From positions 21,415-85,414 of the forward strand of contig JANMKN010000244.1 in NCBI GenBank assembly GCA_031372065.1: a stretch of 64,000 nucleotides of DNA. The letters run 5' to 3'. The DNA comes from Abditibacteriaceae bacterium. Lineage in GTDB: Bacteria; Armatimonadota; Abditibacteriia; Abditibacteriales; Abditibacteriaceae. A model generated the notes under the pieces. The model made no database searches. It worked only from the letters and a program-made list of their open reading frames with translations, and was not told where the DNA came from. Shown one piece after another: positions 1 to 10,810 of this stretch. Numbering within the stretch: the first letter of the stretch is position 1; every line of letters begins with the position of its first letter. The position numbers and the translations under genes are program-made.

Positions 1-1062
1 GGCACCGGCGTGTTCAGTAGTTTGGTGGCAGGGTGGTTCTTTGAATTGCCGATAAAGATTGCAGAGGGCGAGCGCATTACCTACTTTGGTATGCTGCTAC
101 TTTACTTTATCACCCGTCTCGTAGTGGTGCAGCGCCAACAAATCTACTTAGTAATCGGCATTTTGGTTGCGGGTATGGCTATACAAAGCCTGATTGGAGT
201 GGCGTTATACTTCGTGGCTCCTAGTCTGCCAGCACTAACAATGCTCCAATCAGAGGATGGGGAAGACGATGTGGAAGTAGTTGACACTAATTCTTTTAGT
301 GGCGCAGGGCGCCTATCAGGATTTTCGGGAAACCCCAATATGTTCGTGACGTTGCCGTTGATGGCACTTCCCCTTGCCATAGGGCTCTTGCTGACGGCCA
401 CAAATGCGCGTTATCGCGCTTGGTTGACCCTCACGACAGGACTGGCAGCTATGGGAGTGCTACTGGCGTTTTCGCGCAGTGCTTGGATCGGCATTTTTAT
501 TGGTATGGCTTCTCTGCTGCGTTTATGGCCTATCTTGCCACGTCTTAAAGGCACGCGAATTATAGTGTTAGTTGGCGTGGCATTGGCCGCAGTGGGCGGC
601 GTAGCTCTGCTCAAAAGCTCTGATGCCATAGCCTCGCGCTATGATTCCATTGAAGACCGCCACTCGCTTGGTGGTCGCCCTGAAATGTGGCAGCACGCCT
701 TTGATTTGGTGATGACTTATCCGACAGGTGTAGGGCTGGGCAACTACAAAGATGTCAACAAGCGGCTTTTCAACGACAATGTGTCTGGTCACAGTGCGCA
801 TAATTCAATCATAGGCATCACCGCAGATGGAGGCATCTTGGCTGGTCTGGCGATGCTATTTTTCTTGTGGGATCGCTTTGGGATCGGTGTGCGTGCCAAT
901 CGTGGTAGTAGTTTGCATGACCGAGCGCTCCTCATTGGCCTAAGCGCAGCGTTCTTGGCATTGGCGGTGCATTTGTGTTTTCACTCAGTGCATGGTCAAA
1001 TTTACATCTGGGTGTTGGCTGCCTGCCAAAGTAACCTGCGTCAGTTGCCGTCCGAATCTTGA
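1..1062 (+). CDS. O-antigen ligase/polymerase (Wzy_C-like) membrane protein, 5'-truncated by the window
   Basis: Multi-TM protein with GFSGNPN, FSRSAWIG, GR.EMW, GVGLGNY and HSAHN motifs; frame is open back to base 1. Confidence 0.8.
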   Translation, partial: GTGVFSSLVAGWFFELPIKIAEGERITYFGMLLLYFITRLVVVQRQQIYLVIGILVAGMAIQSLIGVALYFVAPSLPALTMLQSEDGEDDVEVVDTNSFSGAGRLSGFSGNPNMFVTLPLMALPLAIGLLLTATNARYRAWLTLTTGLAAMGVLLAFSRSAWIGIFIGMASLLRLWPILPRLKGTRIIVLVGVALAAVGGVALLKSSDAIASRYDSIEDRHSLGGRPEMWQHAFDLVMTYPTGVGLGNYKDVNKRLFNDNVSGHSAHNSIIGITADGGILAGLAMLFFLWDRFGIGVRANRGSSLHDRALLIGLSAAFLALAVHLCFHSVHGQIYIWVLAACQSNLRQLPSES

Positions 1063-1147
1063 ATATTGAGGCTTAGGGGCTACCGCTTGGCGCTTGCTCA
1101 ATAGGCTCTCTGTAAACTGGTGAGATGATCGCAAAAGAGGAAATTAG

Positions 1148-2266
1148 ATGCTCAAAGGCCGAGATTTATCAGATAAAAAGCTGCAATTAGATGCACTGGA
1201 TGGATTGAGGGGTCTTGCCGTTTTGTTAGTGTTTCTCAGTCACACAAGCAATGCAAAAATCTATCTCTTTCCTCATGCAGACTTTTCCGGTGTTGGCAAA
1301 AGTGGCGTGTTTCTGTTTTTCGTCCTAAGCTCTTTTTTGTTGACGCTGCCATTTATAAAAAAAGGGAGTGCGGCCATTAACAGGACTTTCCTGGTTAATT
1401 ATGGCCTTAGGCGTTTCTTTCGCATATACCCGCTTTATTTCCTTTATTTGTTGCTGGCCCTTATTACCACCATGACGTTATGGAAAATAATTGGCTATAA
1501 GACACCTATCGGTTTGCCGTTTACGCTGTCATTTCAGCAGTTCCTTGCCCAGTTACTTTTAATGCAGGGCAAAGGAGTGACTTGGAGTATTCTTGTTGAG
1601 TTCCGTTACTATTTTATTCTTCCAATATTGGCGTTAACTTATTCGGCTGTTTTGCGAAATAGGCTGCTGCCTTCAGTTTTATTGACTATTGTATTGATCA
1701 TCTTGACCCAGCTTATCTGGCCTCAAGCCGAATCCGGTGACGATGAAGCGCGACTGGGGCCGTATTTACCTGTTTTCTTCATGGGGTCGCTACTGGCAGT
1801 CATTTACCACAATTGGCAGCAAAGCAATTTACTCCACAACAAGAAGACAATGTTGTTGGTAGAAGTAATGGGTTTGTTAGCGCTTTGTATTTTAATTTAC
1901 ATGACACCTTCGGTTTCTTCTTATTTTCTTCAACAAGAAATACCTTACGACTATTACCACAAACAATTCATTACGTTTTCTATCCTATGGGCTATGGTTG
2001 TCTTTGCCAGTGTTGCGGGGCTTGGTTTGCTAAAGAAAATCTTTGAAATTTCTTTTCTGCGTTATCTGGGTTTCATCAGTTTTAGCGTTTATCTTTTTCA
2101 TATAGTTGTATATGGAGTGTTATCGAAGATGACTAATAATTTGCCTTTATTCGGCTGGATAATGTTAGGAATTACAATAGTCATCTCGCACATTTCCTGG
2201 CTTTTGATTGAAAAGCCCACATCAAGGATAAGGTTTGATAAGCAGCCTAAAACTCCCCAGAGCTAA
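1148..2266 (+). CDS. Acyltransferase family 3 (OafA-like O-acyltransferase)
   Basis: LDGLRGLAVLLV, GVFLFFVLS, RRFFRIYP, TWSILVEFRYY, ISFSVYLFH, IEKP motifs. Confidence 0.9.
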   Translation: MLKGRDLSDKKLQLDALDGLRGLAVLLVFLSHTSNAKIYLFPHADFSGVGKSGVFLFFVLSSFLLTLPFIKKGSAAINRTFLVNYGLRRFFRIYPLYFLYLLLALITTMTLWKIIGYKTPIGLPFTLSFQQFLAQLLLMQGKGVTWSILVEFRYYFILPILALTYSAVLRNRLLPSVLLTIVLIILTQLIWPQAESGDDEARLGPYLPVFFMGSLLAVIYHNWQQSNLLHNKKTMLLVEVMGLLALCILIYMTPSVSSYFLQQEIPYDYYHKQFITFSILWAMVVFASVAGLGLLKKIFEISFLRYLGFISFSVYLFHIVVYGVLSKMTNNLPLFGWIMLGITIVISHISWLLIEKPTSRIRFDKQPKTPQS

Positions 2267-2556
2267 AGCCGGAGCTTCTTGGTTCAGTGAGAATAGCCCC
2301 TAAACTATATGTAGGCTGCGTATAGCTTTCCTGCCAACTTTTTATGTGAATTGCAACAACAAAGATACACTCAGTGCCCGTTGCAAAAAATGCCAAACTG
2401 CACCAACGCTGCAAAAACGCGCTGCGGATTGGCTTGCGTTCAACAAAGACTGCTTGACTTGCCAAGGCATTTGTCCTTACAGGAGAGCCTGTTCTTATCG
2501 GCTGCAAGGATTGGCAAGAAAATGAGCACTGCAAAAGGAAACATAACCAAAAACAA

Positions 2557-3834
2557 GTGAACGATTTAAACGATTCAACAAACAAAATCCAGCCTCTTAT
2601 TGCCATTGGTGGTGGTGTTGTAGAAGTGGACGATGAGGGCCACTTTTTTGTGAAGGCCGCCATCGCCGATTATTTGCACGCTTTGGCGGATGTGTTTGGT
2701 AGCGTTCATTTCTTTGCTTACGCAATACCCAAAACGGGCGAGTTATTCGAGACGCCGTTAGACCCAGCGCGCGTTCACTTGCACAAATTACGCTGGCCCC
2801 ACGCACATGGTATGATGGCGCGGTGTCGTGCTTTCTATGCTGATGTAGCTTTACTACGCGACATGGCATCGCGTGCCGCTGGGATCATCGAATATCATCC
2901 GGCGGGCGGAGGCTGGCCGATATCGCTGTTGCTGGCGCGCTATGCGCCGTTCTATGTGGTCTATTTTGGTCTCGATTCGCGCAAGCGCTGGTTGCCTTTG
3001 AGGGGTTATGGCTTATTGGGCGCGCTCAAGCGTCTCCATTTGCTGATTACTGGTGAAGTAGCGGCGCGGATGGCCGATCTCGTGTTGGTGCGCGATGTTG
3101 ATCAATGGCGCCGCATTGAGCAGCAAAGGCCGGGTCGAGTAGTGCTTTCGGCGCCAGTCTCAGCAGCTTTGCAAACACCTGTGGCGCGCGTTGACTCGTG
3201 CCATAATGAAATTGTGCGTCTGCTGTGTGTGTGTGTGCTGTCACCCCGCAAAGGCATTGAAGACCTGCTTGAGGCCGTGCATCTACTGACCCATGATCCC
3301 CAACTGCGTGAGCAATTGCAGGGGCGGCGCGTGCATCTTACGCTGGTAGGCGGTGCGGCATTACAAGAAGGTTATACGCTGGAGCATGTGCGGACGAGGG
3401 CCGCCGAGTTGGATATCGCCCCACAGGTGACGTTAACCGGCTACATAGATGACATTGAGCGACTGAGCTTACTTTACCAAGAGGCCGACATTTTTGTGAT
3501 GGCCAGCCACTCCGAAGGATTTCCCCGCGTTATTGATGAGGCAATGGCACACAATCTTCTGATCGTGATGACCAATTTGGTCGAGATTCGTGCCACATTA
3601 GTGCATCGCACGCACGCTCTGCTATTCGAGCCGGGCCAGCCTCAGCAAATGGCCGAGGCGTTGTGCGAAGTTATCACCGATGGTGAATTACGCCGCACGC
3701 TGCTGCGCAACTCGCATACGCTTTCCGTCAGTCGGCTGCAAGACACCGCGCCGGCCCAGCACGCGCGACTCATGCTCGAATTGGCTGCACAAAAACGTCA
3801 AAAGAAAACCCGCTCATCAAATACCCTTCGCTAA
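2557..3834 (+). CDS. Glycosyltransferase family 4
   Basis: RKGIEDLLEA and DIFVMASHSEGFPRVIDEAMA. Confidence 0.85.
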   Translation: MNDLNDSTNKIQPLIAIGGGVVEVDDEGHFFVKAAIADYLHALADVFGSVHFFAYAIPKTGELFETPLDPARVHLHKLRWPHAHGMMARCRAFYADVALLRDMASRAAGIIEYHPAGGGWPISLLLARYAPFYVVYFGLDSRKRWLPLRGYGLLGALKRLHLLITGEVAARMADLVLVRDVDQWRRIEQQRPGRVVLSAPVSAALQTPVARVDSCHNEIVRLLCVCVLSPRKGIEDLLEAVHLLTHDPQLREQLQGRRVHLTLVGGAALQEGYTLEHVRTRAAELDIAPQVTLTGYIDDIERLSLLYQEADIFVMASHSEGFPRVIDEAMAHNLLIVMTNLVEIRATLVHRTHALLFEPGQPQQMAEALCEVITDGELRRTLLRNSHTLSVSRLQDTAPAQHARLMLELAAQKRQKKTRSSNTLR

Positions 3835-4014
3835 AATGAAGAGGTTGTGTTTATGCAGAAACTTGACACCATAGGTCAGTTGACTCACACGGAATCGCGT
3901 GATTATCGTCGTGTCAAGCACCGTCGCCACAGAGCGTCCTTCGCCATGTGTGCCCCACTTTTGCTAAACTTGCCGTATTGGAACGAGCGAACCGTTTCCT
4001 TGTATAGCTAACTG

Positions 4015-5622
4015 ATGAGACACTCTACGCCAGTCGCCCCAGATGATTCAACCGTTCCTCCCGTTGTAAATTCCACTGATTCAGCCGCTAATACTACGAC
4101 CCCCAAAAACATTACACACCGCACATTACACGGTTTGTTTTGGACTTTTTCAGGCAGTAGTGTGCAGATGGCGCTGCGTATAGTGGTGTTGATCGCGCTG
4201 GCTCGGTTGCTCAAACCCGCCGATTTTGGATTAGTCACGGCAGCACTGGTGGTAACAGGCTTTTCCGAGTTGTTCTCGCAACTTGGTATTGGGCCGGCCA
4301 TCGTGCAGAGGCCCCAACTGGAAGAGCGCCACATTCGCACTGGATTCACGATTTCGGCCATTTTGGGCTTCTTATTGCTCGGTATTTTTTATTTTTTGGC
4401 GCCGATCATCGCTGCGTTCTACCATATGCAGAACCAAAACTTGACCCCAATTCTGCGCGCACTGGCGTTGGTATTTCCCATTAGTGGTTTATCGGTTGTT
4501 AGCTATTCGCTTCTATCACGCGATCTGGAGTTCAAGCGCATTGCGGGCATTCAGGTGACGGCTTACCTCGTCGGTTATGTGGGAATGGGCATTGGGTTAG
4601 CGTGGTGCGGCTTTGGACCGTGGGCATTAGTGGCGGCGAGTTTGACACAGGAATTGGGTAATACCATTGGGCGCTTGATCTTCAAACCGCACTCTAAAAA
4701 GCTTTTGTTCGATTTGGAGGCTGCCAAAGAGTTGATGCTGTTAGGTGGCGGCTTCACAGCGGCGCGCATGGGCAATTATCTGGCGACGCAGGGCGACAAT
4801 CTCATTGTGGGCCGCTATTTGGGGCTGGCTCAGTTAGGGCTATATAGTCGCTCCTATCAACTTATTGTGATTCCGGCGACCTTACTTGGACAGGTGTTAC
4901 AAGACGTGCTGTTTCCTGTGATGGCCCGCTTCCAAGACGATAAGGTGCGATTAGCACAAGCCTATAAGCGCGGTTTGGCATTGATTGCTTTGCTGGTGCT
5001 GCCAATGAGCGTTGCGATGACTATCGTGGCGCCGGAGTTCATCTATACGCTGTTTGGCCCTCAATGGAAGGGCGCGATTGAGCCGTTTGGTATTCTGACT
5101 ATCGGGGTGTTGTTCCGCACAAGTTACAAGATGAGCGACTCGATTGCGCGTTCGGCAGGTGCGGTTTACAAGCGTGCGTGGCGTCAATGGATATACGCTG
5201 GCTGCGTCTTAAGCTTTGCAGGTGTAGGGCAACATTGGGGACTCAATGGCGTGGCGATTGGCGTGGTCGGCGCGCTGGTCGTCAACTTTGTGCTAATGGC
5301 TGATTTGGGAATACGCATCACTGGTTTGACTTGGGCTGACTTTTTGGGCGCGCACATCCCAGCGCTAACACTGGCGGTGGTTGCAGGGCTTGAATCATGG
5401 GCTATTGCCGAGGTGTTGCGTGCGATGGTTATGCCCAGTGTCGTGATACTGCTGACTACTCTGGTTGTGCCCGCTGTGACGATGATGGCTTTGGCCTATT
5501 TTATGCCTAAAATCACACTGGGTGAAGAAGGTCTGTGGATTGTTGACGCTTTGACGCGCCAGTTGTCAGGTCGGCTCAACGGTAAGTCCAAATCTCAGCG
5601 CGCGAAAGAGAGAGTGGCGTAA
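4015..5622 (+). CDS. wzx: Wzx-type polysaccharide flippase (WzxC-like)
   Basis: LARLLKPADFG, DNLIVGRYLG..LGLYS and many TM segments. Confidence 0.85.
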   Translation: MRHSTPVAPDDSTVPPVVNSTDSAANTTTPKNITHRTLHGLFWTFSGSSVQMALRIVVLIALARLLKPADFGLVTAALVVTGFSELFSQLGIGPAIVQRPQLEERHIRTGFTISAILGFLLLGIFYFLAPIIAAFYHMQNQNLTPILRALALVFPISGLSVVSYSLLSRDLEFKRIAGIQVTAYLVGYVGMGIGLAWCGFGPWALVAASLTQELGNTIGRLIFKPHSKKLLFDLEAAKELMLLGGGFTAARMGNYLATQGDNLIVGRYLGLAQLGLYSRSYQLIVIPATLLGQVLQDVLFPVMARFQDDKVRLAQAYKRGLALIALLVLPMSVAMTIVAPEFIYTLFGPQWKGAIEPFGILTIGVLFRTSYKMSDSIARSAGAVYKRAWRQWIYAGCVLSFAGVGQHWGLNGVAIGVVGALVVNFVLMADLGIRITGLTWADFLGAHIPALTLAVVAGLESWAIAEVLRAMVMPSVVILLTTLVVPAVTMMALAYFMPKITLGEEGLWIVDALTRQLSGRLNGKSKSQRAKERVA

Positions 5623-6543
5623 ATGGTTCCCGTTTTTATCGGTGGATGTGAGCGTAGCGGCACAACTTTTTTAGGTTCGCTGTTGGGTGGTCACAGCCAA
5701 TGCCTGACAGTGCCCGAATCGCAGTTCAAAATTCGTATGCTGCGCCATATCCAGCCTGAACAACCAACCAACTTACCCGATGTTCTTGACCGCATTCGCG
5801 ACCACTGGCGCTTTAAATTGTGGGATATTGATTTGACAGACGTGCCGCTTCAGGCCCACGATTATCCTGAGTTACTGTGCTGGCTGGTGCGGCAATACGG
5901 CGCCCGACATGGGCGGCCCGACCCCGGTTTCTGGATTGATCATACGCCAGCTAATATGCGCTACGGCGCTACGCTGCGCGATCTCTTCCCGGATGCCAAA
6001 TTTATCCATTTGGTGCGCGATGGACGTGCCGTAGCGGCTTCGGTGCTGCCACTTGACTGGGGGCCCAACACCGTTCTGGCGGCGGCGCACTGGTGGAGTG
6101 AGGGAATTACGCCTGGTCTGGCTGCCGAGGTTGGCTTATCGGCAACGCATATTGTGCGTGTGCGCTATGAAGATTTAGTGCGCGCGCCTGAAGCGACGCT
6201 TACCTTTTTGTGCAAACACATTGGCCTTGACTACGAACCAGCTATGGCTAAGGGCAGGGGTTTTGAGGTTGGCAGCTATACGGCAGGTCAGCATACTCTT
6301 GTCGGTCAGGCGCCCGATCCGCGTCGCCTCAATGCTTGGGAGCAGGAGCTAACACAACGCCACATTGAAATCTTTGAAAGCATCACCGGCGATCTGCTGC
6401 GCTACCTTGATTATCCGCTGCACTTTGGCCCCTGTGCCACTGCTGCCAGTGGCCGCGAAAAGGTGACCCTGTTGGCTCAGGAGATGTTAGGGCGCCATAT
6501 TACCAACCGTTTACGTTACTTTCAACGCGCCCGCGCCGTTTGA
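5623..6543 (+). CDS. Sulfotransferase (Sulfotransfer_3-like)
   Basis: GGCERSGTT 5'-PAPS loop, FIHLVRDGRAVAAS, RYEDLV. Confidence 0.9.
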   Translation: MVPVFIGGCERSGTTFLGSLLGGHSQCLTVPESQFKIRMLRHIQPEQPTNLPDVLDRIRDHWRFKLWDIDLTDVPLQAHDYPELLCWLVRQYGARHGRPDPGFWIDHTPANMRYGATLRDLFPDAKFIHLVRDGRAVAASVLPLDWGPNTVLAAAHWWSEGITPGLAAEVGLSATHIVRVRYEDLVRAPEATLTFLCKHIGLDYEPAMAKGRGFEVGSYTAGQHTLVGQAPDPRRLNAWEQELTQRHIEIFESITGDLLRYLDYPLHFGPCATAASGREKVTLLAQEMLGRHITNRLRYFQRARAV

Positions 6544-6559
6544 CTTTATTTCGACTGTT

Positions 6560-7759
6560 ATGAACGATGCTATGCCATGCCCACCACAAACAGGGGCGAA
6601 AATACGGCCTAAAGTCTTGATGCTTACGGCCTCGAATCTGGGGCCATATCACCAAGCGCGCTATGAGTTTCTCGCGCAAGGGCCGCTGGAATTAGTCATT
6701 GTAAAAACTCCTGTGGCTGAATATTTTCGACCATGGACCAAGGATGCAACGCAGGAGGGATTTCGTGCCATCAGTCCTTTCGGCGCGAATCCAACGAAGC
6801 TGTTTTCTATGAGACGAGTGCTGCGTGCAGCGCGTCGTTTGTTGCGCCATGAGCGGCCTGATGTGGTAGTCTGTGTCGGTTACAACACGCGTTATATTTG
6901 GGCTACCAGCTTGCTTTGCCGTATTTTTAAAATTCCCTGCGTGCTTTATTTGGTCGGATGGGAAGGTGAGCGCGCTCGTAATCCACGCAAGGAAATGGCA
7001 AAACGCCTTTACTGTCGGCAAGCGTTCGGCGCAGCCATGGCGACGGGCGTGCATGCCCGCGACTATGCTCGCACTTTGGGTATTTCCGCGCAGCGTATTT
7101 GGCGTATCGGCAACGTCGTTGATAATGATTATTTTGCCCAAGTGCGTGAGTCATCGCCACGTCTGGCCCAACTACCGCCCGCGTTTTTCTTGTCGGTAGC
7201 GCGCTTGAGTCCCGAAAAAAACCTAACCGGATTGATTGATGCATTCAATCGTTACCGACAAAATGGTGGGACGTGGGATTTATGCATTGCTGGCACAGGC
7301 CCTCAAGAAGAAGAACTTAAGGCACAAACATCCGCCACATTAGGCGCATTAGCCGATCATGTGCATTGGTTGGGTTGGGTCGGTTATAAAGAGCTACCTG
7401 AACTTTATCATCGTGCCAGTTGCTTAGTGATTCCCAGCTTTGTTGAGCCGTGGGGTCTGGTAGTAAACGAGGCGATGGCGGCAGGGTTACCAGTTTTGGT
7501 CAGCGATCAGTGCGGCTGCCAGCCTGAATTGTGTAAACCAAGCGAAAATGGTTTTGGCTTTGATCCTGATAACATGGTGCAATTGGCACAGTTGATGAAC
7601 ACAATGTCCGATTTGTCTCCAGAATCCTTTTCTGCAATGGGTGAGTCGTCGCGCCGCGTTTTAACCCATTTCACACTCGAAACTTGGCGTCAGGCTTTTG
7701 TGAATTGTGTTGTGTCTGTCGCAGGCGGTCTTGGTAATGAGCAAGGAGAAATAGAGTAG
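6560..7759 (+). CDS. Glycosyltransferase family 4
   Basis: VARLSPEKN and PSFVEPWGLVVNEAMAAGLPV. Confidence 0.9.
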   Translation: MNDAMPCPPQTGAKIRPKVLMLTASNLGPYHQARYEFLAQGPLELVIVKTPVAEYFRPWTKDATQEGFRAISPFGANPTKLFSMRRVLRAARRLLRHERPDVVVCVGYNTRYIWATSLLCRIFKIPCVLYLVGWEGERARNPRKEMAKRLYCRQAFGAAMATGVHARDYARTLGISAQRIWRIGNVVDNDYFAQVRESSPRLAQLPPAFFLSVARLSPEKNLTGLIDAFNRYRQNGGTWDLCIAGTGPQEEELKAQTSATLGALADHVHWLGWVGYKELPELYHRASCLVIPSFVEPWGLVVNEAMAAGLPVLVSDQCGCQPELCKPSENGFGFDPDNMVQLAQLMNTMSDLSPESFSAMGESSRRVLTHFTLETWRQAFVNCVVSVAGGLGNEQGEIE

Positions 7760-8598
7760 TGCTCCCTAATTTTTTAATTTGCGGCATCCAAAAAGGTGGC
7801 ACGACTTCGCTCTACCATTATTTGCGTGAACACCCGGACATCTTTTTGCCTGCCGTTAAAGAAGTCAACTTTTTTCATCTCAACTATGACAAAGGCCGCG
7901 TCTGGTATGAGACTCATTTTGCGCCCCACGCCTCGCAGCGTGCTTTGGGCGAAGTGTCGCCACTTTATATGTGGTATCCCGAAGTTCCAGAGCGCATACA
8001 GCATCTGATACCAGAGACACGCTTAATTTTCATGTTGAGGAACCCTATTGACCGAGCTTACTCGAATTATTGGTTCAATCTCAGCCGTAGCGCACAATCG
8101 TCCTCGCAGTCCTTTGGTGAAGCGATTCGCAGTGCCTACGGTCAGCAGCATTACCTGTCCAAGGGTTTCTACATAGAGCAAATTGAGCGTTTCCTGCCCT
8201 TGTTTCCCCGTGAGAATTTACACTTCATCATTAGCGAAGACCTGCAACGCGATACCTTGAAAACAGTTGCCGCCTGTTGTCGCTTTTTAAATGTAGATGA
8301 CTCCTACCAACCAGACACTACGAGCCGTCATAACGTTACTTTGTTGCCCAAAAGCAGTATCGCCAAGGCTCTTTATAGTCTGGGAGGCCCCGTAAAAAAA
8401 GTAGTGTTGCCATTAACGCCCAAGGCCTTGCGGCGTGCTACTAAAAGTGCGCGTAAGTCGGCGCATGGTGCCTTTTTCGCCCCCGGCAAAACCCCGCCGA
8501 TGGACGAAACTGACCGAATTTATCTGCGAGAGATTTTTGCTAATCACAACCAGCGCTTGAGTGAGTTTTTGGGGCGAGATTTGAGCGGATGGCAATAA
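7759..8598 (+). CDS. Sulfotransferase (Sulfotransfer_1, heparan-sulfotransferase-like type)
   Basis: PNFLICGIQKGGTTSLY, KEVNFF, LRNPIDRAYS. Confidence 0.9.
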   Translation: MLPNFLICGIQKGGTTSLYHYLREHPDIFLPAVKEVNFFHLNYDKGRVWYETHFAPHASQRALGEVSPLYMWYPEVPERIQHLIPETRLIFMLRNPIDRAYSNYWFNLSRSAQSSSQSFGEAIRSAYGQQHYLSKGFYIEQIERFLPLFPRENLHFIISEDLQRDTLKTVAACCRFLNVDDSYQPDTTSRHNVTLLPKSSIAKALYSLGGPVKKVVLPLTPKALRRATKSARKSAHGAFFAPGKTPPMDETDRIYLREIFANHNQRLSEFLGRDLSGWQ

Positions 8599-8804
8599 AG
8601 CGAAATGACAACTTACAAGGGAATTGTGGGATTCTTAAGATTGTCAATAGTATCAATAAACCTGCGATTGATTAATAAAAGGCTCTTTTGTGCCTTGTTG
8701 GAATAGCTGTGCTGCTTATAAATATCACTGCGCTGCTTATATTACTGTGGCTAATGTCAAGGGTCTAATGCTGTCGAAGAAAGGCTATACTGCTTTAAGA
8801 CACT

Positions 8805-9614
8805 ATGGCAATTGATTTTTCAGGACTCTCACCACGCAGACTACCCGGCAAAATTCTGCGGGCGCCACTGCGGTTGATTCCCCGCAGTGCGGTTGTCCCC
8901 ATCATACAGGGACCGCTACGGGGCAAACGCTGGATCGTGGGGGCAGGTAATCAGGGTTACTGGTTAGGCAGTTATGAACTGCCTAAGCAGCAGTTGTTTG
9001 TTCAGACAGTGCAACCCGGATGGACTGTTCTTGATGTGGGCGCGCATACTGGCTACTATACGCTGCTGACTTCCACCTTAGTAGGGGATAAAGGGCGAGT
9101 TGTTTCGTGTGAACCGTCGCCACGTAATCTGGCTTATTTACGGCGGCATATGAGCTTAAATAGCTGCGATAACGTAGAAATCCGCGATGTTGCCGTTTCC
9201 GGCGCGTGCGGCACCGCCATCTTTGATAATATGCGCTCAAGTTTCACCGGTCGCCTCTTCGCGAGTGGTGTGCAAAATGGCGTAGGCGTTACTGTGCAAA
9301 CCGTCACTCTTGACTCTCTTCTGGACGAGGACATCCGACCAAATCTTATAAAGATGGACATTGAAGGTGCCGAGGGAGATGCATTAGACAGTGGACTACG
9401 TTTGTTAGCGGAGTGCCGTCCGGCGCTTTTTCTTGCGACACATGGTCCCGCAATCCATCGCCACTGCTGTGACTTGCTGCGTGATTTGGGTTACGAACTG
9501 ACGGCATTGACTGGCAAGCACGGCGAAACCACTTTGGAAACTACTGACGAGATTCTGGCACGCCATCCCGATCAAGCCCGGTCTGAAAATGAACGCGAAG
9601 ACCCTGCGGCATGA
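8805..9614 (+). CDS. FkbM-family methyltransferase
   Basis: LDVGAHTGYY and IKMDIEGAE. Confidence 0.9.
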   Translation: MAIDFSGLSPRRLPGKILRAPLRLIPRSAVVPIIQGPLRGKRWIVGAGNQGYWLGSYELPKQQLFVQTVQPGWTVLDVGAHTGYYTLLTSTLVGDKGRVVSCEPSPRNLAYLRRHMSLNSCDNVEIRDVAVSGACGTAIFDNMRSSFTGRLFASGVQNGVGVTVQTVTLDSLLDEDIRPNLIKMDIEGAEGDALDSGLRLLAECRPALFLATHGPAIHRHCCDLLRDLGYELTALTGKHGETTLETTDEILARHPDQARSENEREDPAA

Positions 9615-10810
9615 AGATTTTGCAAATTGTGCCGCATTATGTTCCAGCGTATCATTTTGGCGGTGTGTTGCATGTGGCACATGCTCTTTCTAAGTCGCTG
9701 GTGGCGCAGGGGCACTCTGTGCGAGTTGTCACAACGCGTCTAAAAGACCCGCACCATGACCTTGAAGTGGGCAGTGAAGCGCCTGTTGATGTTGATGGCG
9801 CCCATGTGTTTTATGAGCCGACGTTGTCCTCGAAATATGCCCGTTATTGGGGGTTTTCTCCGTCGTTAGCATGGCGAGTGTGGCGCGAGGCGGCTTGGGC
9901 CGATGTGGCGCTCATTCACTTCCACTACCAGTTCGCCAGCCTCATTGGGGGGCGTTTGGCGCAAGGGCGGCGCACGCCGTTTGTGATGTTCACCCACGGC
10001 AGTCTTAATCACTACGGCGTTTCAGCCCGCTCTAAAGCCCGTAAGCACCTCTATTTGAAATTGACCGAGCGGCGCAATTTCCGGCGGGCACTTTTCACTG
10101 CTTATTGTTCGCAGGAGGAAATGGAGAACTCTTTCCAGTTTGGGCGTTGTCAGGTTGTGCCCAATGGTATCACGCCCACTGCCTTTGTCGAACTACCGCC
10201 ACTGGGGCACTTTCGCCGCCTGTTTCCTCAGCTTCAAGAGCGGCTTTTTTATCTTTATCTGGGCCGTTTGGATGCGGGCAAAGGCCTTGACCTGCTACTG
10301 TCAGCGTTCCGCTTGTTGGCCGATGTGAATCCGCAAGTCCACTTAATTTTGGCGGGTGGCGATGAGCGTGGTTACGAGGCGATCTTGCGCCGCATGGTAG
10401 ACGAGATGAAGCTGGGCGATCATGTTACTTTTGCGGGTCTTATCGGCGGAGCCGATAAGCTGGGCGCGCTACAAGACGCCGACATTTTCGTGCTACCCTC
10501 GCGCTCGGAGGGCTTGAGTATCGCCATGCTCGAAGCTATGTTCATGGGCTTGCCGATTGTTATTACTGACCGCATGGGGCTGTGGCGACGTGTGCAGGAA
10601 GAAGCCTGTGGTTTAGTTGTGCCACTTGAGGCAGACGGGGCAGAGGCCAAACGGCTGTTTAAGGCGCTATGCCAGTTAGCTGATGATTCCAACCGCGCCG
10701 CTTTGGGTGCGCGGGGTCGCACCATGGTGCAAAATCACTTCACTTGGGATGCCATTACGGCGCAATTGGTGCGCGATATTCAGGACAAAATCACACGATG
10801 CAAGGTTTGA
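9611..10810 (+). CDS. Glycosyltransferase family 4
   Basis: LGRLDAGKG and FVLPSRSEGLSIAMLEAM. Confidence 0.9.
   Translation: MKILQIVPHYVPAYHFGGVLHVAHALSKSLVAQGHSVRVVTTRLKDPHHDLEVGSEAPVDVDGAHVFYEPTLSSKYARYWGFSPSLAWRVWREAAWADVALIHFHYQFASLIGGRLAQGRRTPFVMFTHGSLNHYGVSARSKARKHLYLKLTERRNFRRALFTAYCSQEEMENSFQFGRCQVVPNGITPTAFVELPPLGHFRRLFPQLQERLFYLYLGRLDAGKGLDLLLSAFRLLADVNPQVHLILAGGDERGYEAILRRMVDEMKLGDHVTFAGLIGGADKLGALQDADIFVLPSRSEGLSIAMLEAMFMGLPIVITDRMGLWRRVQEEACGLVVPLEADGAEAKRLFKALCQLADDSNRAALGARGRTMVQNHFTWDAITAQLVRDIQDKITRCKV

Noticed and set aside
2351..2560. Small intergenic ORFs (also 3853-4011 and 27386-27610)
   Set aside because: No motifs or convincing starts; the last runs across a Tn3 IR
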